Shown: piece after piece, positions 24,801 through 33,138 of the stretch
Numbering within the stretch: the stretch's first letter is position 1
Layout: every line of letters starts with the position of its first letter
DNA from: a virus
Lineage: Duplodnaviria > Caudoviricetes
IMG/VR virus record: IMGVR_UViG_3300043642_000037
Span: 64,001 to 128,000 of that record
Length of the DNA: 64,000 nt
Direction: 5' to 3' (one strand)
Notes under the pieces: model-generated
Told to the model about the DNA's origin: nothing
Seen by the model: only the letters and a program-made list of their open reading frames with translations
The model's database searches: none
Translations under genes and position numbers: made by a program

Positions 24801-26187
24801 CGCCGAGGTCGCCCCCGGGGAACGCGACCACGGCCCTCGCCATGTCCGCGGCCTTGAGGTACTCGTCCTTACCCGTCCGGACGTTTCGCACCGGCGCGTA
24901 CAGGTTGCCGTGATCGTCTCGTCTCGTGCCCACGCCGACGCGCAGGTCCACGCCGACCTTGAAGGACTCGGGCACGCGCGTGGGATCGATGATGCCGAGA
25001 TGCGTGGGATGGACGTCCCGCGCCTCGAGGGGAATGGCGCGCTCGGACGCGATCGCACCCTCGCCCAGCAGGGTGACGCGCGACGCCTCGTCGATAAGCT
25101 CCATCGGGTTTATCTGCATCGGGACCGCCGACAACGAGCTTGTCGTCAGGAACCCGGTGACGGCCCGCGTGAGAGGCGCGGCAGGCAGGGCGTCCTTGAT
25201 CGAGCCGCGGCTGGCGTCCAGCTTCCAGCCCAGCTTGTTGCGCATGGCCCGGGCGTTCAGCTGCAGGCGCTCCTTGACGAAGTCGTCCACCGAGTGGAAC
25301 GTCTTGAACGCGAGGCTGTCGCGGTCGTCCACGTCCGCGGCCTTGCGATGAATCTCGAGGATCTTGTTCGACGCGGCGAGCATCGCCTGTCCCGACGCCT
25401 TGTCGAACGGCGCGCCGAGCGTCACGCGGTTGACCTCCGGGTCCATCGACGTCGCGTCGAGGTACTCGCGAATGGCTCCGACGCGGGCCTCGGGCGTCGC
25501 GTGGTTCCGCTTGGCCGGGTGGATCAGGGCCTCGTAGAGACGCCCGACGTGGGCGTCAGGCGATCGAAAGGCGTCGCGATTGACGGCCGCGACCTGCGAT
25601 CCCCAGCTTCGAACGATGTCCGGATGCGGGACGTCGAGGGCGCGAAGGACCGGGTAGAGCGCGACGCGGGCGGTCGTGTGCCCCGGCTGCATGTACAGCA
25701 GGCCCTTCTCGGGCTCCATCATGACCTTGAAGTTCGCGCCCTTCGACAGGTTGAAGGCGGCCTCCAGCTCCTCGTTGCCCCGTCGCCTGACGTAGACGCC
25801 CGGCTTGGTCCGGAGCTGGTTGGACACCGAGTACTCGGTGCCGTCGAGAATGAACGTGTGGCGCGGTGTGAAGTAGGGAAGGTGGAGCAGCGTGAATCCC
25901 TGCGCGCGACTGGTCACCGCGCCCTGGGCGTCGCGCACGGTCAGGTCGCCGCGGACGCGCTCGGACAGCGTCTTTCCCTCGAGGATGGCCACCTTCTGCT
26001 CGCGCGACGAGAACTCGCGCGGCTCGACCCTGGCGTCGGCCAGCTCGACCGTCCACTTGCCCGCCTTCATGGGGAAGGCCCTGCCGAGCCCCTGAATGGC
26101 CGCCTGGCGGATCTTCTCCCGGCGCGTGGCGCTGTCCTCGAGGACCGGCCTTAGAACCGGCTGCGTTTTGGTAGAAGCATCCGTCAT
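21811..26187 (-). CDS. rpoB: DNA-directed RNA polymerase, beta subunit fused to the catalytic N-terminal half of beta'
   Basis: Beta motifs 'GNRALMASKHQGQA', 'GDKISNRFGAKG', 'GKMEFDGL'; beta' motifs 'VSGRATI', 'NRAPSL', catalytic 'NADYDGD'. Confidence 0.95.
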   Translation of the reverse strand: MTDASTKTQPVLRPVLEDSATRREKIRQAAIQGLGRAFPMKAGKWTVELADARVEPREFSSREQKVAILEGKTLSERVRGDLTVRDAQGAVTSRAQGFTLLHLPYFTPRHTFILDGTEYSVSNQLRTKPGVYVRRRGNEELEAAFNLSKGANFKVMMEPEKGLLYMQPGHTTARVALYPVLRALDVPHPDIVRSWGSQVAAVNRDAFRSPDAHVGRLYEALIHPAKRNHATPEARVGAIREYLDATSMDPEVNRVTLGAPFDKASGQAMLAASNKILEIHRKAADVDDRDSLAFKTFHSVDDFVKERLQLNARAMRNKLGWKLDASRGSIKDALPAAPLTRAVTGFLTTSSLSAVPMQINPMELIDEASRVTLLGEGAIASERAIPLEARDVHPTHLGIIDPTRVPESFKVGVDLRVGVGTRRDDHGNLYAPVRNVRTGKDEYLKAADMARAVVAFPGGDLGAGRIVDVMKDGSVQRVASSEVTHQVRHASDMYGATTNLLPLLNGMQGNRALMASKHQGQALPLTHREAPLVQVESWNPGMSVEREMVRLIVPTAPSAGRIDKIDADYIHFVPGGEKHAADGPLRLHYDHDFPLAAKTYLNNKLTVKEGDLVREGQPLAESNFTRDGVLALGTNLRVAYMPYRGLNTNDGIVVSQGAADKLTSEHMFHHVLSKAGDVETSREKHRAYFGGRYSARQYDALDESGVARPGTVLQKGDPIIIGVRPETATGDAALLGKLSKSLVRPYAEIVETWTHDHPGVVTDVSKTGERHSATVKTQETLQVGDKISNRFGAKGVVAKIIPDAQMIHDEKGRPVDVILTSAGIITRINPAQLVEASLGKVADHRGEPILVPQFAARDAVAYAKGLLKSNGLSDKETVVDPMTGKSVPGVFVGKSYFLKLFKTTDSNWAAHGAERYDYNQQPARGGDDGAKGIGKMEFDGLVAHNARAVLRESAAIKSQRNDEFWRSVQLGTPAPAPRTPFAYDKLHAMLSGAGVKISKAGSRLALGPLTDADILKMSSGELPDPSKMIRAKDLRPETGGMFDPARTGGMAGTKWSHVELSESIVNPVFEEPVRRLLGLTQKEFAERTGRGGEWFRSELGRIDVPSRLEELRDRSRHLRGAALDDAVKQAKYLAALQAHGLKPADAYVISKVPVTPPIIRPILPLKDGRLQVGDANLLYRDAFLANDQLKDSTKVLPESELHAPRRHLFDAVSALFGVGDPVSPGVLRRGAKGYIATITGSRPGSGFFQSKLMKRQQDVSGRATIAPDPTLSMDEIGVPTDMLWGMYSKFVIGRLVRRGYSAIDAQKLVEDKAPIAKDELINETRERPVMVNRAPSLTRHNIIGAYPRMTEGKTITLNPFAERGTNADYDGDAMQIHAPVTPAGVEDVKRMTLSHQIFADRRPGMLNVAPDMEAVLGLHRATQPASGRTAKRFASLQDARAAYHRGEVALNDHIHIGE

Positions 26188-26552
26188 GGGATCCTGAATG
26201 GCCTGATCTCGGCCTCCTCCGCGCCCCCGCCGCCACCCGCTGCGGGCTGCGGACGCTGAGCCGGCGCGTCAGTGAAGTAGGACAGGATGATCACGACTTC
26301 GCCCTCCTTGGTGAAGGTTCGATCCTCGAATCGGATCTTGCCGCGCCCGGCCCACAGCTCGTTGCAAAGCTCGTCGTACGCTCCGATGTCGCGCGGCAGG
26401 TTGAACACCTGGGTCGTCTGCCGGATCGGCAGGCGCGGGCCCTGCGCCAGGGCCTGCTGCGGAATGCCGAAGGGGCTCGCGATCGGGCTCTGCGTCATCT
26501 GGTTGGCCTGATCGATCACGTCCTGAAAGCCGCCCGGATTTGGCTTGTTCAT
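26184..26552 (-). CDS. hypothetical protein between portal and RNAP
   Basis: AGGA RBS; ATGA overlap with the RNAP start. Confidence 0.65.
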   Translation of the reverse strand: MNKPNPGGFQDVIDQANQMTQSPIASPFGIPQQALAQGPRLPIRQTTQVFNLPRDIGAYDELCNELWAGRGKIRFEDRTFTKEGEVVIILSYFTDAPAQRPQPAAGGGGGAEEAEIRPFRIP

Positions 26553-26556
26553 GCCG

Positions 26557-28353
26557 CTATCCTATCTGACCCGAGGCGCCGACGCCGTCCATGTCGGCCC
26601 CGCCCGCGGTCGGATCCTGTCCGGTCCGCGCCACGCTGATCGCGGCGCGGTTCTGCTGGTTGACCGCGTTCTCCATCCGCTCCTTGATCAGCGCGTACAT
26701 CGGCAGGTCGGTGGTCTGGAGCTGGTGCATCTGCGACTGGCGGGTGCCCTGGTCGAGCGGCATGAGCTGCTCCACGACGCTGTCGGCCTGGGCGATCATC
26801 TGCTGCGGATCGTAGGCGGCGCCCTGCTGGCCGAGCTGTGCCTGCGCGCGGACGCGGGCGCCAAGCTCGGTCTGGCGCTTCTGCATCTCGACCTGCGTCT
26901 CCGCGGCCATGCGCGCGTCGTCGAGCATCTCCTGCTTCCGCTTCTTGCGCTCCTCGATCGGGTCGACGTTGAACGGCTTGCCCATCGTGGTCTTGGAGAT
27001 CCAGGGGCCGCCCTGGGGATCCGCCATGTTGAGCTGCATCAGCAGCGCCTTCTGCTGGACGTCGTCGATGAACCTGAACGGCGCAAGCTCGGTCGGCATC
27101 GGTCCCCAGCCGAGCTTGCGGCCCGCGTTGTCGGTGATCCACTGCAGGAAGTCGTTGAGGTCGCCGGTCTGGTGGACGAGCTGGTTCTCCAGGACGCGGA
27201 GCTGGATGCCCGAGCCCATCGCGGAGAACCCGCCGTAGATGAACTCCTTGGGCAGGCCCATGGCCGCGATGATGTTGTCCTCGGCGGCCTGAACCTCGCC
27301 CAGCGTCATGAGGGCGCGCGCCTGGCCGCCGAGGTGCGTGACCTCCGCGGGGACCGGGGACCACATGATGTGCAGCGGGTCGCGGCGCCAGCGCTTGACC
27401 GAGTGCTTCATCTCGTTGGTCCAGGTCGCCAGGTTCATCGACAGGAGCGGGTCGGCGTTGCCGGTCGACTGCTTCGGGCTGACGATGCGAAGCGGCACGA
27501 TGTAGTCCAGCGCGATCGCCTCGTTGGCCTTGCGCAAGACCGCGGCGTAGAAAAACAACTTAATGGTCGACGCCAGCGGCGGGAAGCCCCACTGGGCCTC
27601 GATGCCCGCGGGCGCGTCCATCTTCATGTGGAAGACCTGGTTCTCCGCGAACTTGAAGATCTTGTCGTCCCTCATCGCCTTGAGGAACTCCATGGGCAGG
27701 CTGTCGATCAGGTGCTTGTTGTTCTTGGCGACCCGCTCCTTCATCTCCTTGGGGATCGTCCAGAAGTACTCGCTGTGCCCGGTGATCGGGTTGTAGTCGA
27801 TGTCGACCAGCTTGGGGTCCCACCGGATGATCGCGATCTTGTCGGGGCGCGTGATCGGCTTGTCGACGACCGCGTCGGGGCCGACGTCGACCTTGGTCCG
27901 GCACGACGCGCACTCGTAGCTGAACGAGAGCTTCTTGAGGCGGAACTTGTAGCTGACCGATCCGGCGTTGGACAGTTGGCGGCACGCCGGGCACCGCAGG
28001 AACCGCACGAACGGCGAGTACATCGAGTAGAAGGCGTTGCCGTAGACGAACTTGTCGATGGCCGCCTTGATCAGCCAGCGCTTGGTCTTGAGCTTCTTGT
28101 TGTGCAGGTCCTCGTACTTGGACTTGAGCCCCTCGTTGGTCGTGTCGTACACGATGTCGGTGATGGGGTACGTGCAGAACTTCTGCAGCGCGGCGAATAT
28201 CTGGCTGCAGTTGAAGTAGAGGTATTCGCACAGCCTGAAGAGGTCCTTCAGCTTCCTCGGCGCGAACGCCGTGAGGAAGTCGAACAACGGCGACCCGTGG
28301 CTCGACACGTTGTGGAAGGAGAGATCTGCGGCACCGGGATCGCTGTCCAGCAT
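26557..28353 (-). CDS. portal protein with Zn-ribbon insertion
   Basis: 'DKFVYGNAFYS', 'WGFPPL', 'IIAAMGLPKEFIYGG'; CPAC...CASC insert; Q-rich C-terminus; first gene of the head operon; start ATG 28353. Confidence 0.8.
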   Translation of the reverse strand: MLDSDPGAADLSFHNVSSHGSPLFDFLTAFAPRKLKDLFRLCEYLYFNCSQIFAALQKFCTYPITDIVYDTTNEGLKSKYEDLHNKKLKTKRWLIKAAIDKFVYGNAFYSMYSPFVRFLRCPACRQLSNAGSVSYKFRLKKLSFSYECASCRTKVDVGPDAVVDKPITRPDKIAIIRWDPKLVDIDYNPITGHSEYFWTIPKEMKERVAKNNKHLIDSLPMEFLKAMRDDKIFKFAENQVFHMKMDAPAGIEAQWGFPPLASTIKLFFYAAVLRKANEAIALDYIVPLRIVSPKQSTGNADPLLSMNLATWTNEMKHSVKRWRRDPLHIMWSPVPAEVTHLGGQARALMTLGEVQAAEDNIIAAMGLPKEFIYGGFSAMGSGIQLRVLENQLVHQTGDLNDFLQWITDNAGRKLGWGPMPTELAPFRFIDDVQQKALLMQLNMADPQGGPWISKTTMGKPFNVDPIEERKKRKQEMLDDARMAAETQVEMQKRQTELGARVRAQAQLGQQGAAYDPQQMIAQADSVVEQLMPLDQGTRQSQMHQLQTTDLPMYALIKERMENAVNQQNRAAISVARTGQDPTAGGADMDGVGASGQIG

Positions 28354-28426
28354 GGGGATGTTTATCCTATAAACTTTGTAGACATTGCCGCGCGCGTCGT
28401 GTAACGGTGCGCAGGAGGTTTTCCGC

Positions 28427-30388
28427 GTGAACCTTGAGATTCGAGTCGGCGCCGCGGGCAACGGGACGCCCGTGTTCATGGCGACCGGAAGCCACCCGGC
28501 GCTGGGTCGCCCGTTCGGGGCGGTCTACGACTCCGGTCGTCGGCTCTGGATGTACCCGGCGTTCTACCCGGCCTCGAAGAAGGTGCTGGCCGACCTGGAC
28601 GTGATGTCCAAGGACTTCCACGTCACGTTCTCCGATGTCGCGCGGCGCCACGTTGGGGATCTCGAGCACGTCGAGGAGAGTGTAGCGAATCGAGCGCTCC
28701 CCGTGGGGTTCGAGTACGTGACGCGGCCCTACGATCACCAGGTCCTGGGGCTGTGCCACGCGTGGTGGATGCTTCGTGCCGCGGTGTTCTTCGACCCGGG
28801 GCTGGGGAAGTCCAAGATCGCGGTCGACCTCATCCGGCTGATGCGGCACGTCGGCCGGCGCGGCACGGTCCTCGTCCTTGGCCCCCTGGTCACCGTGACC
28901 AACTGGGGTCGGGAGATCGACCGGCACTCCGGCGGCCAGCTCCGGTGGGTGATCCTTCACGGGTCCCCGGACGAGCGCGCGGACATCCTGTCCTCGATCG
29001 TGGAGTCGCCGCCGGACGTCGTGCTTCTCACGTACGACGTGGCCCGCGTGATGTCCGTCGACCTCGTGCGACGGGTGCCGTACGAGGCGATCATATGCGA
29101 CGAGTCCCATCTGGTGAAGTCGTGGGACTCGGGTAGGACGGTCGCGACCTACGACATCGCGCAGAAGGCGTCCCGGCGGGTCCTGATGACGGGGTCCCCG
29201 ACGCAGGGAGACCCGCGGGACACGTACGGCCAGTACAAGATCCTCGGCGACTGCTTCATGCCGGAGGACTACGCGCGGTTCAAGCGCCAGTTCCTGGTGA
29301 CGCCGAGCCCGCGGTCCCACGCGGTCACCGGGTTCAAGAACCTGGACGTGCTGAACGGTCGGGTGACGTTCCTGTCGCTGCGCAAGACGAAGGAGGAGTG
29401 CCTCGATCTCCCGGAGCAGGTTGTCGTGGACGTCCCCTACTCGCTGTCCAGGACGCAGAAGGTGCTGCACAACCAGCTCGTCGAGCAGATGGAGGTCGAT
29501 CCCGACGTCCTCGCGATCCTCATGTTCGGGCGACAGGCGACGCTCCCGCCGGCGTCCCGCATGCCGCATCGCGCGGCCATGCTGCTCAAGCTGCTGCAGA
29601 TCGCGTCCGGGTTCCTCATCACCAACCCGATCGACGACGCGTTCTGCGACCAGGCCGAGCCGGGCGGCTGCCGGTACCTCGAGGCCTGCGTGGAGGCCCG
29701 GGTTCGCCCGCACACGCCGCGCTGCCTGGTCGACTCGTCGCGACTTCCCGACGTGCTCACGACGTTCGACGAGAACCCCAAGCTCGACGCGACGGAGGAA
29801 CTGCTCGAAACAATCCTGGTCAACCCGACCAACAAGGCGATCATCTGGTGCACGTTCGAGAACGAGCTGAATATCGTGTCCGCCATGCTCGACCGCCGAG
29901 GGTGGGGCCACGTCCGCGTCGACGGGTCCAACAGCCGGGAGGCCCAGGACCTCATCGATCAGTTCACCGTCGACAACGGGCTCCGCGTGTACCTGGCGCA
30001 GGTGTCGACCGGCGTCGGCGTGACGATCAACGCGGCGTCATACATGATCTACTTCGCGCTCCCGTTCTCGCTGATCGTCTACGAGCAGTCCAAGGATCGA
30101 AACTACCGGATCGGGCAGACGCGGAAGGCCACGGTGTATAGGATGCAGGGCGAGGGGACGCCTGAGCCGGCGATCGCGCGCCTTCTCGACGTCAAGATCG
30201 ACGTCGACGACGCGCTCACGCGGCGCACCGACTGCCTGCGCTGCGAGCACAATCCCACGTGCATTCCGGCGGGCGTTCACCCGTTCGACGCCGGGTGCTC
30301 CGTGTACAAGAGAAACATTGACAGACCGGTCACGCGAGCCCGCTCGTTCGAGGGGGCCGACGCGCCGGACGAGACGGAGGAACCTTGA
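28427..30388 (+). CDS. SNF2-family helicase
   Basis: 'DPGLGKS', 'DESH', 'MTGSP', 'QSKDRNYRIGQ'; RBS AGGAGG before GTG 28427. Confidence 0.9.
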   Translation: MNLEIRVGAAGNGTPVFMATGSHPALGRPFGAVYDSGRRLWMYPAFYPASKKVLADLDVMSKDFHVTFSDVARRHVGDLEHVEESVANRALPVGFEYVTRPYDHQVLGLCHAWWMLRAAVFFDPGLGKSKIAVDLIRLMRHVGRRGTVLVLGPLVTVTNWGREIDRHSGGQLRWVILHGSPDERADILSSIVESPPDVVLLTYDVARVMSVDLVRRVPYEAIICDESHLVKSWDSGRTVATYDIAQKASRRVLMTGSPTQGDPRDTYGQYKILGDCFMPEDYARFKRQFLVTPSPRSHAVTGFKNLDVLNGRVTFLSLRKTKEECLDLPEQVVVDVPYSLSRTQKVLHNQLVEQMEVDPDVLAILMFGRQATLPPASRMPHRAAMLLKLLQIASGFLITNPIDDAFCDQAEPGGCRYLEACVEARVRPHTPRCLVDSSRLPDVLTTFDENPKLDATEELLETILVNPTNKAIIWCTFENELNIVSAMLDRRGWGHVRVDGSNSREAQDLIDQFTVDNGLRVYLAQVSTGVGVTINAASYMIYFALPFSLIVYEQSKDRNYRIGQTRKATVYRMQGEGTPEPAIARLLDVKIDVDDALTRRTDCLRCEHNPTCIPAGVHPFDAGCSVYKRNIDRPVTRARSFEGADAPDETEEP

Positions 30389-30837
30389 AGAACAAGACCA
30401 CCTACGAGATGAGCGACATCATGGGTCTCATCACCAGAGACCTCGAGGAGAAGGGTCTCGCGCCCGACTCCGCGTCGGTCGAGATCTGGGGCCGCGTGGA
30501 CGGAGCCCGCATCAGCGTAAAGGAGATCGAGATCGAGGCCAACGTGTCCTGGGTCGGGGTTCCCGAGCAGGGCGATGCCAGGGCCGCCGCGCCCCGGGCG
30601 CGCAACCGTCGCGAGCCGGACCTGGAGGCGGAGCCCGCCCCGCAGGACCTTCTCGATGAAGCGCCCCGACCCGGCGGCGGGCCCGCGCTCGAGATCGGAA
30701 TCGACGAGGTCACGGCCGCCAGCACTCGCATCGCGCGGTCGGGCGGGCCAGGTCCGTTCTCGCCGGAGCGCGTGAAGCGCCGGCTGACGGAGGGCGAGTC
30801 GACCGAGTATCCGGGCACCACCCCGAGGGAGCGCTGA
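30385..30837 (+). CDS. hypothetical protein
   Basis: Coupled to both neighbours; GGAGG RBS. Confidence 0.65.
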   Translation: MKNKTTYEMSDIMGLITRDLEEKGLAPDSASVEIWGRVDGARISVKEIEIEANVSWVGVPEQGDARAAAPRARNRREPDLEAEPAPQDLLDEAPRPGGGPALEIGIDEVTAASTRIARSGGPGPFSPERVKRRLTEGESTEYPGTTPRER

Positions 30838-31757
30838 TGGCGACCGGGATGGAGGACGTCGAGGATCTCATCGATCCGGCGATCAGCATGCCGTCCGAGG
30901 TCGAGCCGGAGATGTCCGACCTCCTGCCGCGCGGGTATCTGTCGGTGTCGCAGGCCGCGACGTTCATCAAGTGCCCGCGCCAGTGGGCGCTGCTGTACGT
31001 CGAGCAGAAGGCGCGACGGGCGTCCGCGCGGATGCTTCAGGGCGTGTTCGTTCACACGGCCGTGGAGATTGTCCTCAAGGAGATTCTGGCCACCGGAAAG
31101 CTCCCGCCGCTGGCGCTGGCGACGGACACGTTCGCGGACACCTTCGAGGCCAACAAGAGCCTCATCGACGACTGGGAGGACTCGCAACCCGGCCTCGTCA
31201 AGGACGTTGGCATCGAGTGCGCGAAGATCTTCCACCAGAACGCGGGACCGACCTCCACGCCGGTCTCGGTCGAGACCACGTTCCACGTGGTGATCAGGTC
31301 CGAGGACGGCAAGGTCCGGCTCCCGATCCTGGGGCGCATCGACAGCACGCAGGTCCAGGCGCACACCGACGCCGAGTACCAGCAGATTCGAGAGGACCTC
31401 GCCGCGGGGAAGCCGTCACGCAAGCCGCTGAGGATCCACGACCTCAAGGTGTCCGCGGACAAGAAGAACGAGGCCGACATCGAGAACAGCCTCCAGTTCG
31501 CCACGTACGCGCACGTCGAGGGCATCCCCGACGTTCAAATCGACAACCTGGTCAAGGGACGCGCCAAGGTCCCGAGGCCTCGCTACGAGAAGGTCACCGG
31601 CGTCATCACGCCGCGACAGGCCAAGCACGCGCTGCGAGTCCTCGAGGGCGCCGCCCGCTCCATCGCGCTAGGTCACTTTCCGTGCACCGATCCGGACAAC
31701 TGGTGGTGCTCCTCGAAGTGGTGCCCCGTGTGGAAACATTGCAGGGGTGCCGACTGA
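30837..31757 (+). CDS. Cas4/RecB-like PD-(D/E)xK exonuclease
   Basis: 'LSVSQ..FIKCP', 'GRID', 'DLK', 'LQFATY', C-terminal C..C..C Fe-S staple. Confidence 0.85.
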   Translation: MATGMEDVEDLIDPAISMPSEVEPEMSDLLPRGYLSVSQAATFIKCPRQWALLYVEQKARRASARMLQGVFVHTAVEIVLKEILATGKLPPLALATDTFADTFEANKSLIDDWEDSQPGLVKDVGIECAKIFHQNAGPTSTPVSVETTFHVVIRSEDGKVRLPILGRIDSTQVQAHTDAEYQQIREDLAAGKPSRKPLRIHDLKVSADKKNEADIENSLQFATYAHVEGIPDVQIDNLVKGRAKVPRPRYEKVTGVITPRQAKHALRVLEGAARSIALGHFPCTDPDNWWCSSKWCPVWKHCRGAD

Positions 31758-32038
31758 TGGTGAGCCTGAATGACCAGGTGGAATTCCGTGTTTTTCTGGT
31801 TTGGAAACTCATGGACCATGGCCCTGTTCTCGTGGCCATCGACACAAGTCAGTCCCGTGCAGATCAACATGTCCTCCTTGTTCGGGATGAGGCTCGATGC
31901 CTCGAGAAACCAATCCCCGAAACGTTCGTCGAGGAATCGAAGCTGAACCATCTGTACGGGCAAACGGTTTCAGACATCTCGAGCTTCAAGTACGCTTCTG
32001 CACTTTCAAAACTCCGCAACAAGACCAAGGATTACTAG
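31757..32038 (+). CDS. hypothetical protein (93 aa, lower GC)
   Basis: TGATG coupling; MVSLNDQVEFRVFLVWK... Confidence 0.55.
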   Translation: MVSLNDQVEFRVFLVWKLMDHGPVLVAIDTSQSRADQHVLLVRDEARCLEKPIPETFVEESKLNHLYGQTVSDISSFKYASALSKLRNKTKDY

Positions 32039-32530
32039 ATGAGCAACGCCAACAAGAGCATCCCCGCCACGCCCCCCGCCCCCGCAGCTGTTCCATCTCC
32101 GGTCGCTACGTCGCCGGCCGTCGCATCCGTCAAGCCACCGATCGCGGTCGTCGCTGGTGACGTCAAGGTTTCCGCAGGAAACGAAACTCCGGTTTCGCTG
32201 TCGGCGGTCTCACCCGCGGTGGTTTCGTCGGATGAAAGCGATGATAAAGACAAGATCCAGTACTTCATCATCGTGGGAAAGATCGAAACATTCCCGGACG
32301 TCTCCACGGCGGAGAAGTTTCTCAACTCGCCCGACGCGCCGGTGTGCACGGTGATCTACGGTAAAGTCTCGTTGGTCAACGAGTGGCATATCACCACGGG
32401 CAAGATCCACTCGTTCAAGACCCTCGTGAAGGCGCAGAAGTTTCTCAAGGAGTCCACGGCGCCCAAGGAGTTCGTTATGGTCCGTGGACGAATCACGGTG
32501 CCCGAGGTCCGGGTCTCGCTGCGCAGCTAA
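32039..32530 (+). CDS. hypothetical protein with a tandem-duplicated small domain
   Basis: GKIETF..V..AEKFL..G / GKIHSF..L..AQKFL..G. Confidence 0.6.
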   Translation: MSNANKSIPATPPAPAAVPSPVATSPAVASVKPPIAVVAGDVKVSAGNETPVSLSAVSPAVVSSDESDDKDKIQYFIIVGKIETFPDVSTAEKFLNSPDAPVCTVIYGKVSLVNEWHITTGKIHSFKTLVKAQKFLKESTAPKEFVMVRGRITVPEVRVSLRS

Positions 32531-32548
32531 CCGGAGTAACCTGTAGCC

Positions 32549-32722
32549 ATGGAAAAGTACGGAGTCGATGTCACCGACACCGCCAAGGTGTCCGAGGATC
32601 TAACAGTTACCCGGCGCTGTGGGGCTTGCGGCTCCAGGCTCGAGTCGTCCTCGAACGTGCCCAAGTGCCCGCGCTGCGGCACCGAGCCGTTCGAATCGTC
32701 GACGACGATTCGGAAGCCGTGA
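32549..32722 (+). CDS. small Zn-ribbon protein (57 aa, not in ORF track)
   Basis: MEKYGVD...CGACG...CPRCGTEPF; GGAG RBS. Confidence 0.65.
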   Translation: MEKYGVDVTDTAKVSEDLTVTRRCGACGSRLESSSNVPKCPRCGTEPFESSTTIRKP

Positions 32723-32967
32723 GCGGAAAGCAGCGCAAGGGGTCCAGCGGCACGAGCCAGCGGGTTACCGGTGAGGTGGTCGGACGCCTCAAGGCAATCC
32801 GCGCGCTGTACTTCGCGGTGATGAACGATCCGACCTACTCCATGGCCGACCTGTCCGACGAGTTCTACAGCAAGGTCGGCGACGTGCTCAGCGGCATGTC
32901 GCTTGCCGACCTGACGTACTACAGGATTTCCAAGACGCGCGTGCTGGAGCACGCGAAGGACGCCTGA
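32719..32967 (+). CDS. hypothetical protein (82 aa)
   Basis: GTGA coupling; typical codon usage. Confidence 0.55.
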   Translation: MSGKQRKGSSGTSQRVTGEVVGRLKAIRALYFAVMNDPTYSMADLSDEFYSKVGDVLSGMSLADLTYYRISKTRVLEHAKDA

Positions 32968-33125
32968 TGCGACGAATCACCGCCAGCTCCCGCGTCCGGG
33001 AGGCGGGCCTGTTCCTACTGCGCGTTGCCACGCTAGGCTCGGCGGTCCTGGTACTCAAGGACCCCAAGGCTCGCGTGGCTGCGATCAACCAGCTCGGTCA
33101 GATGGCACGCCAGCTGATCGGATGA
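32967..33125 (+). CDS. small hypothetical protein (52 aa)
   Basis: TGATG coupling; MRRITASSRVREAGLFLLRVATLGSAVLVL... Confidence 0.4.
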   Translation: MRRITASSRVREAGLFLLRVATLGSAVLVLKDPKARVAAINQLGQMARQLIG

Positions 33126-33138
33126 CCTAGAGGACCTC

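Noticed and set aside
23227-26154. 975-aa plus-strand ORF, and similar long antisense ORFs (14452-16080, 16355-18505, 26545-28404, 38170-40008)
   Set aside because: Antisense shadows of real genes, caused by high GC3 and scarce stop codons; no recognisable motifs.
19130-26187. Host chromosomal rpoBC operon
   Set aside because: Non-cellular split, divergent motifs, no ribosomal protein genes, and flanked by portal and head genes.
26553-28370. TAGGAT upstream of the portal start (28364-28369) and of 26552 (26559-26564) as -10 boxes
   Set aside because: Equally explained as AGGA Shine-Dalgarno sequences, and they lack the preceding C.
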